Assembly (NCBI GenBank): GCA_905250055.1
Contig: CAJNOF010000002.1
Span: 5,986,240-6,050,239, forward strand
DNA length: 64,000 nucleotides
DNA from: Rotaria sp.
Lineage: Eukaryota
Direction: 5' to 3'
Shown: positions 25,967 to 40,617 of the stretch, piece after piece
Numbering within the stretch: the first letter of the stretch is position 1
Layout of the letters: every line of letters starts with the position of its first letter
The notes under the pieces: generated by a model
The model's input: only the letters and a program-made list of their open reading frames with translations
Database searches by the model: none
What the model was told of the DNA's origin: nothing
Translations under genes and position numbers: made by a program

Positions 25967-28900
25967 TCATGTAATAAGAGTCAATAGTTATTTTCTATCC
26001 ACTCATCAATCTTCGATGAATCATTCTATTTTTCTTCGTTTTGCCTCAAGGTGACTTGTCAGAAGCAAAGAATCATGTACGTTAAAGGAAGCTTCATGTT
26101 AATCTACAATAAATATTGATGCAGTGGTGACGCACGTATATCATATAGTGCAAATAGCAAAAAAAACGATGATTAAAATTGACATCCTATCTACCGTCAA
26201 CATAAAAAAAAGCAGCGGCACTCTTCGTATAAAGCGTATTATATATCAGTCAACATTCTGCGAGCTTGAGTGACAACATATTTTGAGCAGTAAAAAAAAG
26301 ACGATATCGTTGGAGTTTTTTTTTAATAAGCATCAACTTTTTCTATCGATGACTCATGTCTAACTTTGATTCTTCTATTAACTGGGATGCTAAACATAAG
26401 ATAAGCATTGCTTCATGATCAAAGAGCATAATATAGTCAATTATTAACTTTAAGATAAACCAAGTTGACGGTCCATTCAATCTCAGTTATGAGAGAATGG
26501 TGTTGAATTGTTGATAATGTAAACATAGCTTGATATCCAAGAACAGGTGATTACACAACAAGACGAAGCTGCCTTTATTTGTCAATTAGATTTCACTGCT
26601 CAGATTGCCTAAAAGTATGGACAACGAAAGAGAACTCAGCACGGTTCACAAGGTGAAAACACTCTGTATTCATATTATAGGCAAATCTTTGATCAGTAAT
26701 GCGTATGAAATACTCCGAGAAAGACAAGCATGTTGTCAATGATTATTGAATCTTTGCTGAGAAATTATTTAAAGAAATTAAAAACGGAAAACAATTTGTT
26801 AACGAAAAAAGCAGTTCGTAGCATTTTATTGGAATATCTGATTCATTCATTTCATTTCTATTACCTGCATTGCAGCAGTCAACTTTACTGCTTCGATGAC
26901 TCTTGATTGCCAATAGGTGCGGAGGAAACGTGTTATAAAGCAATTAAGGCTTTAAAAACTTCGTGGAAAACACGTCATTTTCGGTGTCAGGACCGAAGCA
27001 ATTCTGAAACATATCCATGAAACGAAAAAGAATATTGTCGTTCTATTACAATACATAGCTACTTATCTTCTACCTTCATTACAATAGCAGAAACAGCTAT
27101 CGTATACTGAAAACTTAATATCAATGCATCTTTTCTTTTTTAAATCCTGTGGCTTCGAGAGAAAACTCGACTCTGACACGTTATTCAATCTTTTGATCGT
27201 ATAGACACTTCCAAAGTTTTCGTCCCAACTAGTTTGATGAAAATAGCTCGTTTGTGTGGTATCATCCATCTTTATGTTCCCACTTACACTTTTAGATATC
27301 GATTAATTCTAGTCTGATGAAGCAAAGCAATTTTTTATTTATCCGAATATGTATTATCATCGATTGATATTTAGAACATCGAATTTTTCTAATCGAATTT
27401 CTCCGCAGACGAGACTGCCTTATCTATTTTTTTCTTGGAATCTATTCGATTCGGTTTTTTGTTGCAACGAATGAACACCAACGTGAATTTTATCTTGACA
27501 CATATCCTGTCATCTGAGAATGATAAAGAGTCAGTGTTATATAATTAATGGAGTTATATCAGGAGTATTGAGCTTTAATTAGTTTTATAGAAATGATGAG
27601 GGCTCAAGCTTGGGTCCGTTCGAAGAAATATGAGGAAAAATCAGAAAGCTGAAGATTTATCACTCAAAGTATTTTCATAATTATAGGTTCTTTTCCTATG
27701 CCGGTGCTAAGATTTGCCTAGAACCAGAATCCGAGTTTAAGCGACAGCTGGAAGATATAATTTATTGAGTGTTTTGCACTAGACTCGATAGTCAAAGATC
27801 TAATCATAATATTTCAACATGTCAACAATAGTGAGGTGTCCCATTGAGTCATACCTCATGCTCACGTCTATTCACAACCACACTGACATGAAATTAATCT
27901 TCGTTATATACTTCTCACAAGAGCTAATGAATGAATGAAGAGAAGTCATACTGAGTAGAGAATCTGGAGAGGTTATTGTCATGAGCTCATACGCATTGTA
28001 TCCAATAAGTAGATAGAGAGCAGATGCAAAACGATTCATAGTCTAATCGAGTTGTAACGACTCTTTGAAAAACAAATTTTCCACCGAAAATTTTTATTAA
28101 AAAGAGGACACAACGTAAAATTTGCATCAATAGTCACAACTAATGGTAACAAAAAGAGATTGAAAAGACGTCGTGTGGTAATAAAGCGCGCTAAAATGTA
28201 TGCTTTGTCTGGTCAACTACGAGAGGAACTCAGTTTCGAGTAGTCAGTAAGAATACATTATAGTAAACTAATTAGAGAATGAAGTCCATTACGAGCCTTC
28301 CTTGAACTAAGACCAATCGCGTCTTGCTAGAAGAAAGCACAGAAATCATCACTGAGAACATAACCTCAATAGACGAGATTGTGTTTATATGAGTCATGTC
28401 CACAGTACCATCTTCGCAGTTGCACTTTACGAGATCATAAAATATATCGTTGAAGAGAACGAGATTGATTTTAGGCAGGACTATTGAACAAATTTGATGT
28501 ACCATTACAATTTTTTTTCAATATTCGTGCCTGAAAATGGATCGTGAGCCCATTTGTTATTTTTCGATCTTCAAACGAATCGAATTATGATCACTTAGGA
28601 ATGAAGGCAGAAGTTCATCGTAGTAATGTATCTTTATCATACAGATCTATTGCAGTGCCCTTCTTTGCCATGATCATTTAAATCCTAGGTCCATTAGATG
28701 ACGGTGGCAGTTACATAGTCATAAAAAAGCATGAATTGATAATCTTCACACTCAACTGATTTTTTTGTCGTCATATGTACAATCAACTTCTCTGTTCAGA
28801 ATTTCGATAGAACATGCTTCTAGATGCGTATTACAGAACTAAAATTTGCATTGAAGGAAATTAACATGCTTGCAGAATGGAATGCTCGCGATTTTCTAAT

Positions 28901-31023
28901 AAATATTTTGAAGAGCAGAAACATTAAAAAAATACAAAAGACTGATTATATAGCAATCACTCTCTTTGAAAACGGCAAATTTCGCTTGACAGAAACAGCG
29001 AATGGGTTGTACAGCCAATGGCAATATTAAGATCCATAAAACACTCAACAATATTGTTCAGCGCAATATTGGAAACGTGTTTAATATGGAACGTCTATAC
29101 CGTGCCTACAACAAGATACTCGAATTAGCAGGTAAGAACTTTCCAAAACGTTTTCAAACGATATTGGTTATATTAGAAGACTGTTAATTTTGTTGATATC
29201 TGATAGTTTAGTAATATTAAACGAGAAAGATAACTTTTGACTCATAGAAAAGCCTAATTTATCAATTGTTTTGTTTTAATGTGCTCTGAACGTAATTAAC
29301 GTACTATGCAATTCCATCATTACATCATTGTCGAATACCTAGGTGTCCAAGTAGTGGAAAGTATCTGCAATATGCTGGATGTGGCGCATCCAAACTATCT
29401 AGCAGCAAACCAATTAGACACAGGCATCTTTTATAGTGTGTTCAATTTTATGATTCAATAATAAGAACACTTTTTCACTTTTGCTTTAATTTCATTCATA
29501 TTGTTTCATTCTTTCTTGACTGTCTGTCTCATAACACTGTCAACAAAATCCAGGAAAGTTACGATAGAAAATATTGAGTTTTAGATGAATAAATTTTTGA
29601 TTACAATGTTTATCAAAAGTTTTGTTTTTGAGTTGATGATAAACATATTTAATTACTTTTAAAAACTGAATATCAGCCTGAAAATATAATTTGATATATA
29701 GAAAAGAATATTCTTCTGGAAATATATATATAAATGATATATTCCTTTAAAATACATAGCATGAAGAGAAAGATTGCAAAGCCTTTAAACAATGCTCGAC
29801 GTTAAAGTAAAGTTTGGTTGAATAATTTCTCTCTTAGAAAAAAATTTAATAAACTTTCTATTAACTATCATATCTATTAATTGATACTTCTTCTACATTC
29901 GAACTTCCTTACATTTTTTAACAAGTTTTATTACGTCAGAAGCTTCATTAAAACGACTATTGCATCCCAGATAGTTGCTTCCGTAGCATTGCGCGACTAA
30001 CGATGAGAATGAGGACGAGATCTACGGCTAGTTTCAGAGCGTTTTCAGTTGTGTTTTTTTATCTATAAATAACAGTGCTAATATAATTACACCAGAAAGA
30101 AAATACCACTGATGAAAAATACACTTTTTTTTTTACTTTATTTTCCATAGATTTCAAAGAAGTAAAATTATGCGTTAAACTTTAAATATTTTTCGTATTG
30201 AACTCTGTACAACTTTCATATACATCTGTGAAAAAGATCAACGTTATAGCAACAAATCGTTGATCTGCTTGCGAGAAAATATATCAATTGAACTTAAAAG
30301 TATTTACATAGACTTATTAAAAAGTACAAGATGTTGTATTTGAAATTGAACATAAGTTAAAGACCATATTTAGTTTATAAAAAATTAAATATCAGAAAAT
30401 TTTTTTTCTTGGTAATTTCTATTAAATTCAGATTCTATCACTTTGTGTAAGTTAAAGAGTTTTCTCAAAATCATCTTGTCTATTGATATCAATGCATTAT
30501 GAAATCATCGTATATGAGTAATCATGAGAAAGTAAAGAAAATATGATTATATGAACATAAACTAATATTACTGCTATGAATGTCAAATTTGTTCTATTCG
30601 AAAAAGAAATATTGAAATTCTTTTGTGAAATATTCAAAACTTATAACAGAACGAAATTAAGTTAAATTAAATGCTTAGTTTATTGACATAATTTCCTTTA
30701 TGTATAGCTTAGTCACTCACTGCATGATATTACTATATATAGTATTTCTACGTATATTACCGAGGCCATATTGTAGTAATGAAGAAACTTGTGCAACTTT
30801 TTTTTTCGTTCTCTCTTGTGCTATGAATAGAAAAAAAAATAAACTGACGTCAAATAGGGTTGAGAATGACTCAGTTACTAGTTAAGAAGTATGCATCATG
30901 TTTTTTGCTACATATCTCTATCTTTCACCATACTCAAGCAATCAATCTTCGTTGGTGTATAAAAAGCACAAGTTGCAATCGTCTTAAATCACATATTATC
31001 ATAGCCAACTGTTGTAAACAAAA

Positions 31024-31538
31024 ATGACTCGATCAAATAAAGCTGCCTCTTCCGAACAGATGAATGATGAAAATCAAATAGGCGTAAGTGAAAATACTCA
31101 ATGTTGATCAAATTGAATATGAATTTTGATTGTCTTTTTTAAAGCCATTTTCTATTGTACCAAAGTATGATTGTCCTCATTTGGGTGATCACGCGTATGT
31201 ATTACTTCAATCGACTCAATATGATGAACATCATCAACCACCTTGTGTTGATTGTAATAAAACACAAGAGAACTGGGCTTGTCTACACGAAAACTGTAAT
31301 TATGTGAGTCATTTTCGTCAACAATCAAAATAGATTCATACATTTATTTCCATTATTCTATTAGATTGGTTGCTCTCGTTATCAGCAAAAGCATATGTTA
31401 AATCATCATGAATCAACTGGACATAATATTTGTCTTAGTTTTTCAGATCGTTCAGTCTTTTGCTATGCATGTGATAGTTACATTGATAGTCCTCAATTGC
31501 ATAGCCTTAATCGACAACTAAATCGTGTTTCTTATTAA
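31024..31538 (+). CDS. Small zinc-finger UBP-type (ZnF-UBP, ubiquitin-binding) protein, about 130 aa; 3 exons
   Basis: Exons 31024-31083, 31145-31303, 31365-31538 (TAA), with introns of about 60 bp. The Cys/His spacing CPHLGDH...CVDCNK...WACLHENCNYIGCSRYQQKHMLNHHESTGHNICLSFSDRSVFCYACDSYI matches the ZnF-UBP fold. Confidence 0.75.
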
Positions 31539-34500
31539 AATCAAACAATTAATAACAATATAACAATATAACATTAATATATTTTATTATTATTATTTTT
31601 TAATCTTGTTGTTTTAATAAAATAGTCCAGAGATTGATTTGATGTCTGTCTTTGTTGTTCATAGCATAAATGTGATTTTAACAAACATCTGAAGAGAAAT
31701 TGTTTATCTATTATTAAAGATCTATGTTTATGAAAATTTTCTTAAAAAAATAGGTTTTGAGTACTAATCACTTCACATATATAAAAATAATGAAAAGAAA
31801 CGAGTTTTTGAAGAATTTTTGAACTATAAGTTGACTCTTCCTTTTTCATATCATCAATGCTAATATATTTCAATTTGAAAAGTAAAGAATATCATTTCTT
31901 CAAATTAAACTGTTTGTATGGATTATTATCTCTTAAGAAATAGTATCACTACGTTCTTTAGACATTCTATATGAAATATAAATAATCAAACGAAATAAAT
32001 ACTTGTCAATAATATCTAACATTTGTGTATATGTCTGAGGCAGAACTATCAATCATATTCATTGTCGATTCTATGATAATCTAATAATAAAATTTTTCGA
32101 TGACATGTTCATATCTATTTTTCATTATTCATGTAGTTTATTTTCAACTAAATCGTATGACAAAGAGTTATTTCTTCTTATCATCATCGACTTTTTTGAC
32201 GTGTGACAATGACACTTGATAATAAAAAGAAATTGACTAGTGCAGGCTGGAATAAGCTGAAATGTGAAATGCACATGTATCTATTAAATTTATAATATTA
32301 TAAAACAAAATTTATATATTAAAAAATCTTTACAAAATGATAACTCTTCTATAAACGTATAGAACTATGAGAATAATATATTATTAGCTATTGAGATTTA
32401 TAGAATCATTTACACGATTCTAGAAGATTCTGATTACTCTTTTTATCTATACTCAAGTTTTGTTTTTTTGTAGTTAAACTGCTTCCTCTTCTGCAGGATG
32501 AAATCAACTATACTTATTAGTTTTTATATAATGTTAAAATTAGGAGAAAGTCAAATCATCGTTAGTTGAACTGATACTCAACAGCTATCTTTGGAAAATG
32601 TATCTGTGATTTCTAGGATATTTAATTAATAATGAGAAACAACGATAAAATGAGAGACTTTGCTCAAATGTTTTAAGAAGACTTCGTTCATAGTTTTTTT
32701 CGAGTATTTGATTGAATATGGCTGAGTTTCCTTGTCATAGCTAAATTCTTTGCAACAAGAAGGTTATATTTTTGTTTTTCATTTTGAAAGTTTCTGATGA
32801 TAAAGCTTTGAAATCCACTGAGAACATTCATGTTGTAATTAACAAATGGAGCTATTTCGCTCCATTTATTGAGACAAATTTACTTTCAATTGTATTCTTA
32901 GATATGGAGAAATAGCAGAAAATAATTTACTGTTTTCCGTTTATTTAACAAAGTCTTTATCCTAATTGAAATTCAAATTATTTTCTATATGTGGAGAAAC
33001 TAGAGTTTTGAAAGGCTTCACTTCTAATTAAATGATAAATCATATCAATTTAACGAAGTATATTGCATTTTCACAACTCCAAAAGATGTCTAGTATGATG
33101 AAAATAATTATTTATAAATAAAGCACATTGTTCTTTCTATTTTGATTACATCCATATGCGGATTATATGTGAACAAATTTGATTCATCCATTATGAAATA
33201 TATTGATACCAAACGACATTTTAATCAATCAACAAGTTCATCATCTAGTCCTTTCCTCGCTGAAACGTTGGCTTTGATTGAAGTATATTAAAATCGTTTT
33301 AAATTTTCGTAATATATTGGAATTGCAGTGAAGATGTTATGACAGACTTTTCAGCTAGTACGCTATTGAGAAAAGATTTGCCGTATTCTACTCAGAGTCT
33401 ATAAAAAAAACACTGCTTTGGTTTCTAAGTTGTGTTGTTGTGAAACCAATCAATTCGCTTGGATTATCGGAGATTTACAAGTAAGAAACAGCATCTAAAT
33501 GTTATTTGATCTTATAGTGTTAGAAATATCCAAGATAGCTAAAATGGAAGAAAGCTAATGTATATTAGTATTATTGGCCGTAGCCTATAGAAAAACTGTT
33601 CAAAATCGGATAAAGAATTATACTCTGAAGGCTTTTCTAACCGTCTGCCATAACATCATTAACACTAGTCATTGTCGAATTAGGAAATAGACAACTTAAG
33701 AAATTCGTAGAAATAACATAAAGTTTCTCCGAAGAGTCCATAAAATCGATTTCTTTTTCAATAACCTTATCTGATGATTGGAAGGATTCATGTCTGCAGG
33801 TTTGAGTTGAATATACATTCAATAAATGCATAATGATAGGCTTATGCGTCAACTTAGATGATTACTTTGATCTATTTTTGCAGCATTTAAATCACGCCAC
33901 CTTTTGTTTCCTTTGATTCATTGGTTGAAGCTAATAGGTCAATCATATTTTTTTCTTCTCTGTTTGTTATTTCATAACACTGATGAACATGGTGTGCAAG
34001 GTTTAAAAAGTGATTCACAGTAAAAATGACATAGAGACGATCACAAAATAAAGTAACACACATTACACACTCGCTTTTCTTCGTTCGGTAAGCATTTATG
34101 AAAGAGTTTTGTCAGGTTTTTTCTGTTGATGTCAAGCTCACCATATTTTTTTCCAATTATTTGCGCAGTCAAGCAATTCCATACAAAATGCGCCGGAAAT
34201 GCGTAACAAAGATGACCATCTTTCGTTACCAGTCTCTGTTTTTGATGATCAAAAACGTGAGAATCAAAATTGAAAGTGAGAAAGTACATTACGCTTGCAC
34301 ATAGGCCAATAGTGTGTTACGATCCGAATTCGTAGATTTCTGGTTGGAATACTCCGAGAAATGGGAAGCAGGAATTTGGTAATCAGATTTATTGGTCGAT
34401 TTTTTCCAGTTCCGGCTAAAACCAGTCCTACTTCATTCATCAGAACAGCCACTTTTCTACCGACTTTCTTTGACATATAGAAATCTCATTATCATCCACC

Positions 34501-34751
34501 AACATCAATTATATCAAACCGTTCAAATGTGTTTCAGAAAGTACCTGTATCTATGTTTTTGCCGACTTGATTTTTTTTCTTAACGCTCGTTTTCTTACCT
34601 TTTTCTACTTTTTTCGACACTGTAGAACTATCATTTCTATTCATATGCAGTCATTGAGTGTATGCATCGGACGAAGATCGATAAAATTTTGGAAACAGAT
34701 GTAAATTGAATTTCTTTTTGTTCTATTTTAGTTTTAACATCCGACGATAGG

Positions 34752-36650
34752 ATGTCTTCTAAGAGTTTATCAGCTCAGATGGGTCCTGTTTATCGTATTC
34801 CACCTTATTATTATATTCACGTATTAGATCAGAATACAAGTGTAACGCGATTGGAAATTGGTCCACAAAAGTTTTTTAAACAAGATAATGAGACAATAGT
34901 TTTTGGGCCCGATAAAATGATTACTCTACCACCCAGACATTATTGTGTTATTGAAAATCCCGTTGTTAAGAATGAAGATGATCAAGCACAATTCGACAAA
35001 AATGGTCAGGCAAAATTGTTGCATGGTAGCCAAGATGTTAGACTGGAAAATGATTATAAAGAACCATTTCCATTGTATCCTGGTGAAGTATTAAAACAGG
35101 TATTTGGAACACCTTTATTGAAAGTACAATTCAACAGTATCTGTTAATATTATTTCAGGCTGCTACACTTTTAAAATATGTTGCAGCTAATTCAGCATTA
35201 AGATTAAAAGCCGTTTTGGATTTTGACGATAACGGAGAACAGCGAAAAGCTGGAGATGAATGGCTATTCGAAGGACCAGGTAAAGTAACTATGCATTCAG
35301 TTATAATTCAGTCGGAAATTTGCTCGATTCATGATAAATATAAGTCATCTGTACAAATATGTTGATTTGTTAGGCACTTATATACCACGCAAAGAAGTAT
35401 CCGTTGAAGAACATATTGCAGCTACCGTGATTGGTCCAAATCAAGCACTAAGATTAAGTGCTAAAAAAGAACTTATCGATCGTATGGGTCAACGCCGTGT
35501 GGCGGGTGAAAATTGGTTAATAAAACAATTAGGTGCTTATTTACCGATGGCTTATGAAACGGTTGTGAGCATTGAAAATGCCTATGTTGTAACAGATAAA
35601 AAAGCATTACATTTGCGTGCACTGAAAACATTCATAGATGATTTTGGCCAAACAAGAAATAATGGTGACGAATGGCTCATCACAAAAGAACAAACAGAAA
35701 CACATATTTTGAATGTTTATGAACAACTCGTGACAATTGTTGATATAACAACATTCAATTCAAGACAATATTGTGTCATCGTAAATCCAGTTTCATGTAA
35801 GAATGTTAAATGTCAAACTATGATCGCAGTTATTATGATTTCTATTTTCTTTTCAAGGTGATGGTAAAAATCAATGGGGCAAGAAGAAATTAGTCGTTGG
35901 TGACAAATCATTTTTCTTGCAACCTAACGAACAATTAGAGAAAGGAATTCAAGATGTGTACGTGTTGTGTGAAGACGAAGGTATCATAGTAAAATGTATC
36001 GAATCGTTTGGTGATGAAATAGACAATGTGACTCGGGTGCCAGGTAAGAGAAAAGAATTTTATTATCCTTTTAGTGTAGAGAAATCATCTGCGGCTAGAT
36101 TCTAACTAGACAAGAATTAAATCTGTCTATTCTGTATGGGAACTATTTGCATCTTTTTAAGGTGACAAATGGGTGATAAGAGGACCAAGAGAATACATAC
36201 CACCGGTTCAAGTTGAAGTGTTACAAAAAAGAAAAGCGATACCTTTGGGTACGGTTCTTGATGTTTTATATCTTGTTTATTTATGTGATACTTATCTAGA
36301 TGAAAATGAAGGTATCTATGTTCGAGACTTGAAAACTGGCCGTGTTCGTGCGATTGTTGGTAATACATACATGTTAACACAAGATGAAGAACTGTGGGAA
36401 AAAGAATTACCACTAAGCATAGAAGAATTTCTTCAGCGAGATTCCTTAGTTGAAAGACGTGCCAAAACAACAGTAACATCATCGTTGCAAACGACAAAAC
36501 GTGACAAATCCAGATTAGTTACATATCGAGTACCCCAAAATCAAGCCGTCCAAATGTATGATTACAAAGCGAAAAGTTCAAGAATTATTTTTGGACCAGA
36601 ATTAGTCATGCTAGGACCAGATGAACACTTTACATACGTAAATCTCTCTG
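34752..36650 (+). CDS. MVP: Major vault protein, N-terminal about 520 aa (MVP repeat domains); 6 exons, 3' part of gene not found
   Basis: Exons 34752-35099, 35159-35279, 35374-35796, 35858-36043, 36162-36248, 36300 to about 36650. The translation is colinear with vertebrate MVP. For example [13 protein letters not shown] matches [13 protein letters not shown], and [66 protein letters not shown]...VEV...[35 protein letters not shown] and VQMYDY...S..IFGPELV.LGP are all shared. After FTYVNLSG the reading frame runs into hydrophobic junk and a stop at 36790. Confidence 0.9.
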
Positions 36651-39169
36651 GGTCTGTTCATGTTTCTTTATTTTTACTTACTTTTCTTTCTTTAGTTTTC
36701 GTGCTCAAAAAAGCTGTCAGCAACAAAAAAATATTCTTTTCTGCTATCCTTGTATTTGTGTTGTCCCTTATTTTACGTCGCTTTATTTAATAAACAAAAT
36801 AGAAAATGATTGAAGAAAGCTATCCATGAATAACAAAAGGCTTTTAGCAAACCTAGTCTACTTAGGTGCCGTGACACTTTGAACGAATTGAAAACATGCA
36901 TCTTAAAACTAACATACCCACAACACAAAAAGACGTTTCCTTCAAGATATCTACGCATGAATAGATGATCATGCATATTGGCATTATATTATGCTCTGAT
37001 TATCAGGAAAAACAATTATAATTTTTCGTTGAAATCAAACGAACTTTGATAAACTAATTGAGGATATCTTACATCATTTCTTAACATTTTTCATATACCA
37101 TACTTTATACGAGAGTGAGTACAAGTAAAGCAAATGATAATCTTGGTTTGTAATCATTTAAATGAAAAAAAAATAGAAAATTGAATATGATTGTGTGCTT
37201 TTAGAATAATGGAACGAAGCTAACACAAAAATACAAATATACAAGGTTCTCAATCATTGTCTCGATAATATCAACGAATGAAATATCGATGATAGCTGTG
37301 GATCAGGCTCGAGTACTATTGATTAGATCTTATGTAATGTAATTGCATACTTATCTTAAACAGATTTTTAGTTGTATATGAATGATGATATGAAATACAA
37401 TATACAATTCAATTAAAATACTAGTTTTAACCTCTATATGAATATGAAGTTACAATACTATGATTGTGAACAAAGATGTCTTTGACAATTCAAATAGTTG
37501 TACTGTTGTAATTTAGAATCATGATGAATTGTTGAATTCTCTATCTGTAAAAATAAAAAAAACCGTAGTGAATAATAAAACATACAATCTCCATAAATTG
37601 TCATTATATGTTCATGCATATTTTTTTGACAATTGTTCCTCTAGAACAAAGCAACTTTCTCAATGAGCAAGAATCAAGTCTTGAATTTCTAATCAATGCC
37701 TCGAAAATAGCCAAAAAACGTATTAGTAGACTATTGCTTTAGCCACTAATCGAATTAGATTTATGATATTGCTAGATAAAAAACCTATGTCTATTATTCA
37801 CGGGCCACAATACTGATACATTATTATTTATTGTAATGTTTTAAATTAAATCTGTCAAGAAATTTGTTGAATACCCTACATATTTTACGCCATGCTTTTA
37901 TTTGCATCTCTTATTTCGAATGTTTGAAACTTTATTAGTCATTTTTTTCTAATTCATCATACGATATTGTAAGCAAGTTGGTTTTTGTAAAGCTTTTACT
38001 TAGTACTAATTTTTGAGTGTTTAGATTGTTTACAGATGAGCCAAAAAACAACAGAAATATAGACATATATGTTTTGTTAATTCCATTGGTCAATAAGAAA
38101 AGGAGAACAAGTGATTTGCAAAGATTTCAATTATTGTACAAGTTTATATAATCGATGTGAAGTTCGCACAACCGAACAAGACCGTTCGTAAAATATTTTA
38201 CACTTAGGTTGTTGAAGTCGAGTAAGAATGAGAGTGCTTTGGTGCATGTTGCCAAATATCTTCACTCAGTTGTCGTTCTTGTAGATCTTTTAATACATCT
38301 AGCATTCCGAACTCATCTCAATTTGTCGTGTTCACTGTGCATCGAACTAAACGAATATTGCAACATAAATTGAATAGAACTCATAGATTGATATTTAACT
38401 CAAAACAGTAAAAGATGAACAATCAATATTTTAATAAAATTTTCAACAAATAAACCACGAAAAAAAATCCTTTTCCAGACCCTGTCACAGTTGTCATTTA
38501 ATCAATATAAACAGCGTAAATTGATCAAGTTATAACTTGAACAATAAATAATTCATGTTAGTTTTCTTCGAGTTGATCGAGATATCTATTAGTGCATTAA
38601 GATATGCAGCCATGGAAATAATACTTATTTACAACGACCTTATTTGCCATTTAATTCAATGCTTATAATGATAACAATGTTAAATTAAGAATATAATGAG
38701 CGAATAACAACAAAGCAAACAAAAAATTGGGCTTCCATAAAAAAAAAACAAGAAAAATTTCTGTTTGCAGTGCGGAAATATATTACACAAAACTTTACTT
38801 TGCTGATCGATTATCTTCAAACAGAACTCTAATAGATGAGAGATTTTTCAGTTCACCTGTTTTGTATGTATTACTTCAGATATCATAGACGAATGACTAG
38901 TTTATCATAAACAACCATAAGTGACTTAAATATATTCATGCATGACTAGATCATTAGTTAAAGTTCTATGTCGCAATAAATAAAAAACAATAATGATCAT
39001 AGTTCTCTATTTACATATGTCAAATTGAGTTTTTAAATAAGCATCGCAATTGTATGTACATAATGAAAATAAAGTGACATCACTTACGAGGAAACGATTC
39101 CAACTGTTCAATCGGTCTTTTTTCAAATATATAAATTTGTATGTGATTGAACTACATTGATTTCAAATA

Positions 39170-40615
39170 CAGGGTTGCCAACTGTCCAGGTCTCGAATGG
39201 GATACATGTCGGGTACAACTTTTTTCCAAATGGGATACAAAATATTGTTGTTTAAAACAAAAGAAATTCTCATAAAAAAATCAGCGGACAACAGTATTTT
39301 TAGTCAAGAAGGTCATATTCCACGTGCTGTATGCAGGATACTATCTGAAATATTTAAGTTCAAGCAAAGAAGTTCTCAATCAGGGATGCACCAGTCATTA
39401 GCTTCCAGAAAAGTCAAATCTCAGAGGACCTTAGGGCATGAGACCTTCAGAAAGCAAAAACAGCAGGGAGATCGCTCAGCCAGCTGAACTCCGTTTTAAT
39501 TATTACGCAGTTCTGCATAGAAAACACCAAAATATCAATTTTATGTTGCTAAAATTCGATTTTCCTTAAAACCCTGGGAGATCGTACTTTTCCACAGTCC
39601 CATCGCGGGGTCTCACTAGCAGCAGTTGCGATCCAGCTCAATTCTAGTTTCGGGAATTTGTGAGATCGGAACTGATGCATGTCTTTTCTCAATTATAACT
39701 ATCTTCGTCACATTTCTATTCAAGAAAAAAAAAATGTTCATTTAAAACAAATGCTTGATATTCATTGTACAAATTCTTCCCGACTGGTATTTCTTTATGG
39801 TGTCAGTGGATGGATCATCATTGTTTCACTTTTTTCAGGTTCAAACTAGTGCCTTTTGTAGACAAGATCAGAATACAGTTTTTCATAATGTTTAATTTTT
39901 TTACAATAAGATCTGTAGAAAATCGAGCTACTACTCTGAGATCGTCTCTCGATTGAAATAAAAGCTTGGTTGAAGCGGGGCGATGAGATCCTGTATTTCT
40001 TCCTGTTACATTGATTATCAACCATCAACATGCTTCTCGTAAACCAAAGCAAGATGCACCTACTTCTACTTTGAAAACTAAAAAAAAGAAGTGTCTGGTT
40101 TAAAATATAGTAAGAGCACAAAGAACGGCTGCAGGTTCTAAAATGAATATGTGGCTACAAATGACGTTCACTGTAGGAATTCCTTGCTAGCTAAGTCAAA
40201 GTCAGAAAAAAGTAAATTACATGGACACGTTTTTAAATTATATGAAGTTGCTCCTGATATGAACCTCATCATTGTATGAATAGGGTTAGATGTATGGACT
40301 CATCCGGTGGGGTCAAGAGAAGCGCCTCATTAACGTTAGCAAACACAGGAGTAATACATCACTCAGTACCAACTGATTTCTGCAATTTTCGGTGGCTTTT
40401 CAGTGAATAACAATCACCCATACTCACCGAAAATCATAAAAACGACCAATTGGCTGTTAATCCACTGATCCGCGCTCTTTTTTTTTATTCTGATGAAAAG
40501 ATGATTTACATAGTACCAATGAAAAAGTGCAAATGGGATACAAAAACGCGTACCCCAGAGGTACACATTTTCGTGGGGTGCTGTACCTCAAAATGGAGTA
40601 CAGTTGGCAACCCTG
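39170..40615. mobile_element. Non-autonomous DNA transposon-like element (1446 bp) with perfect 16-bp TIRs CAGGGTTGCCAACTGT, plus a subterminal direct repeat AAATGGGATACAAAA at both ends
   Basis: 39170-39185 equals the reverse complement of 40600-40615. The interior has only short ORFs (39197-39487 and others) with no recognisable transposase. No clean target-site duplication is seen. Confidence 0.6.
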
Positions 40616-40617
40616 GT

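Noticed and set aside
28824-29187. Two consecutive ORFs in different frames (68 aa and 61 aa), suggestive of a frameshifted gene
   Set aside because: No recognisable domain, no splice-consistent way to join them, and an AT-rich low-complexity composition. Evidence is insufficient.
34041-34476. Overlapping minus-strand ORFs (82 aa and 70 aa) just upstream of MVP, vaguely transposase-like (…DHQKQRLVTKDGHLCYAFPAHF…)
   Set aside because: I could not match them to any DDE or other transposase motif with confidence. It is possibly a decayed TE ORF, but I do not call it.
36117-36497. 126-aa ORF on the minus strand
   Set aside because: It is antisense to MVP exons 5-6, whose sense frame has unambiguous homology.
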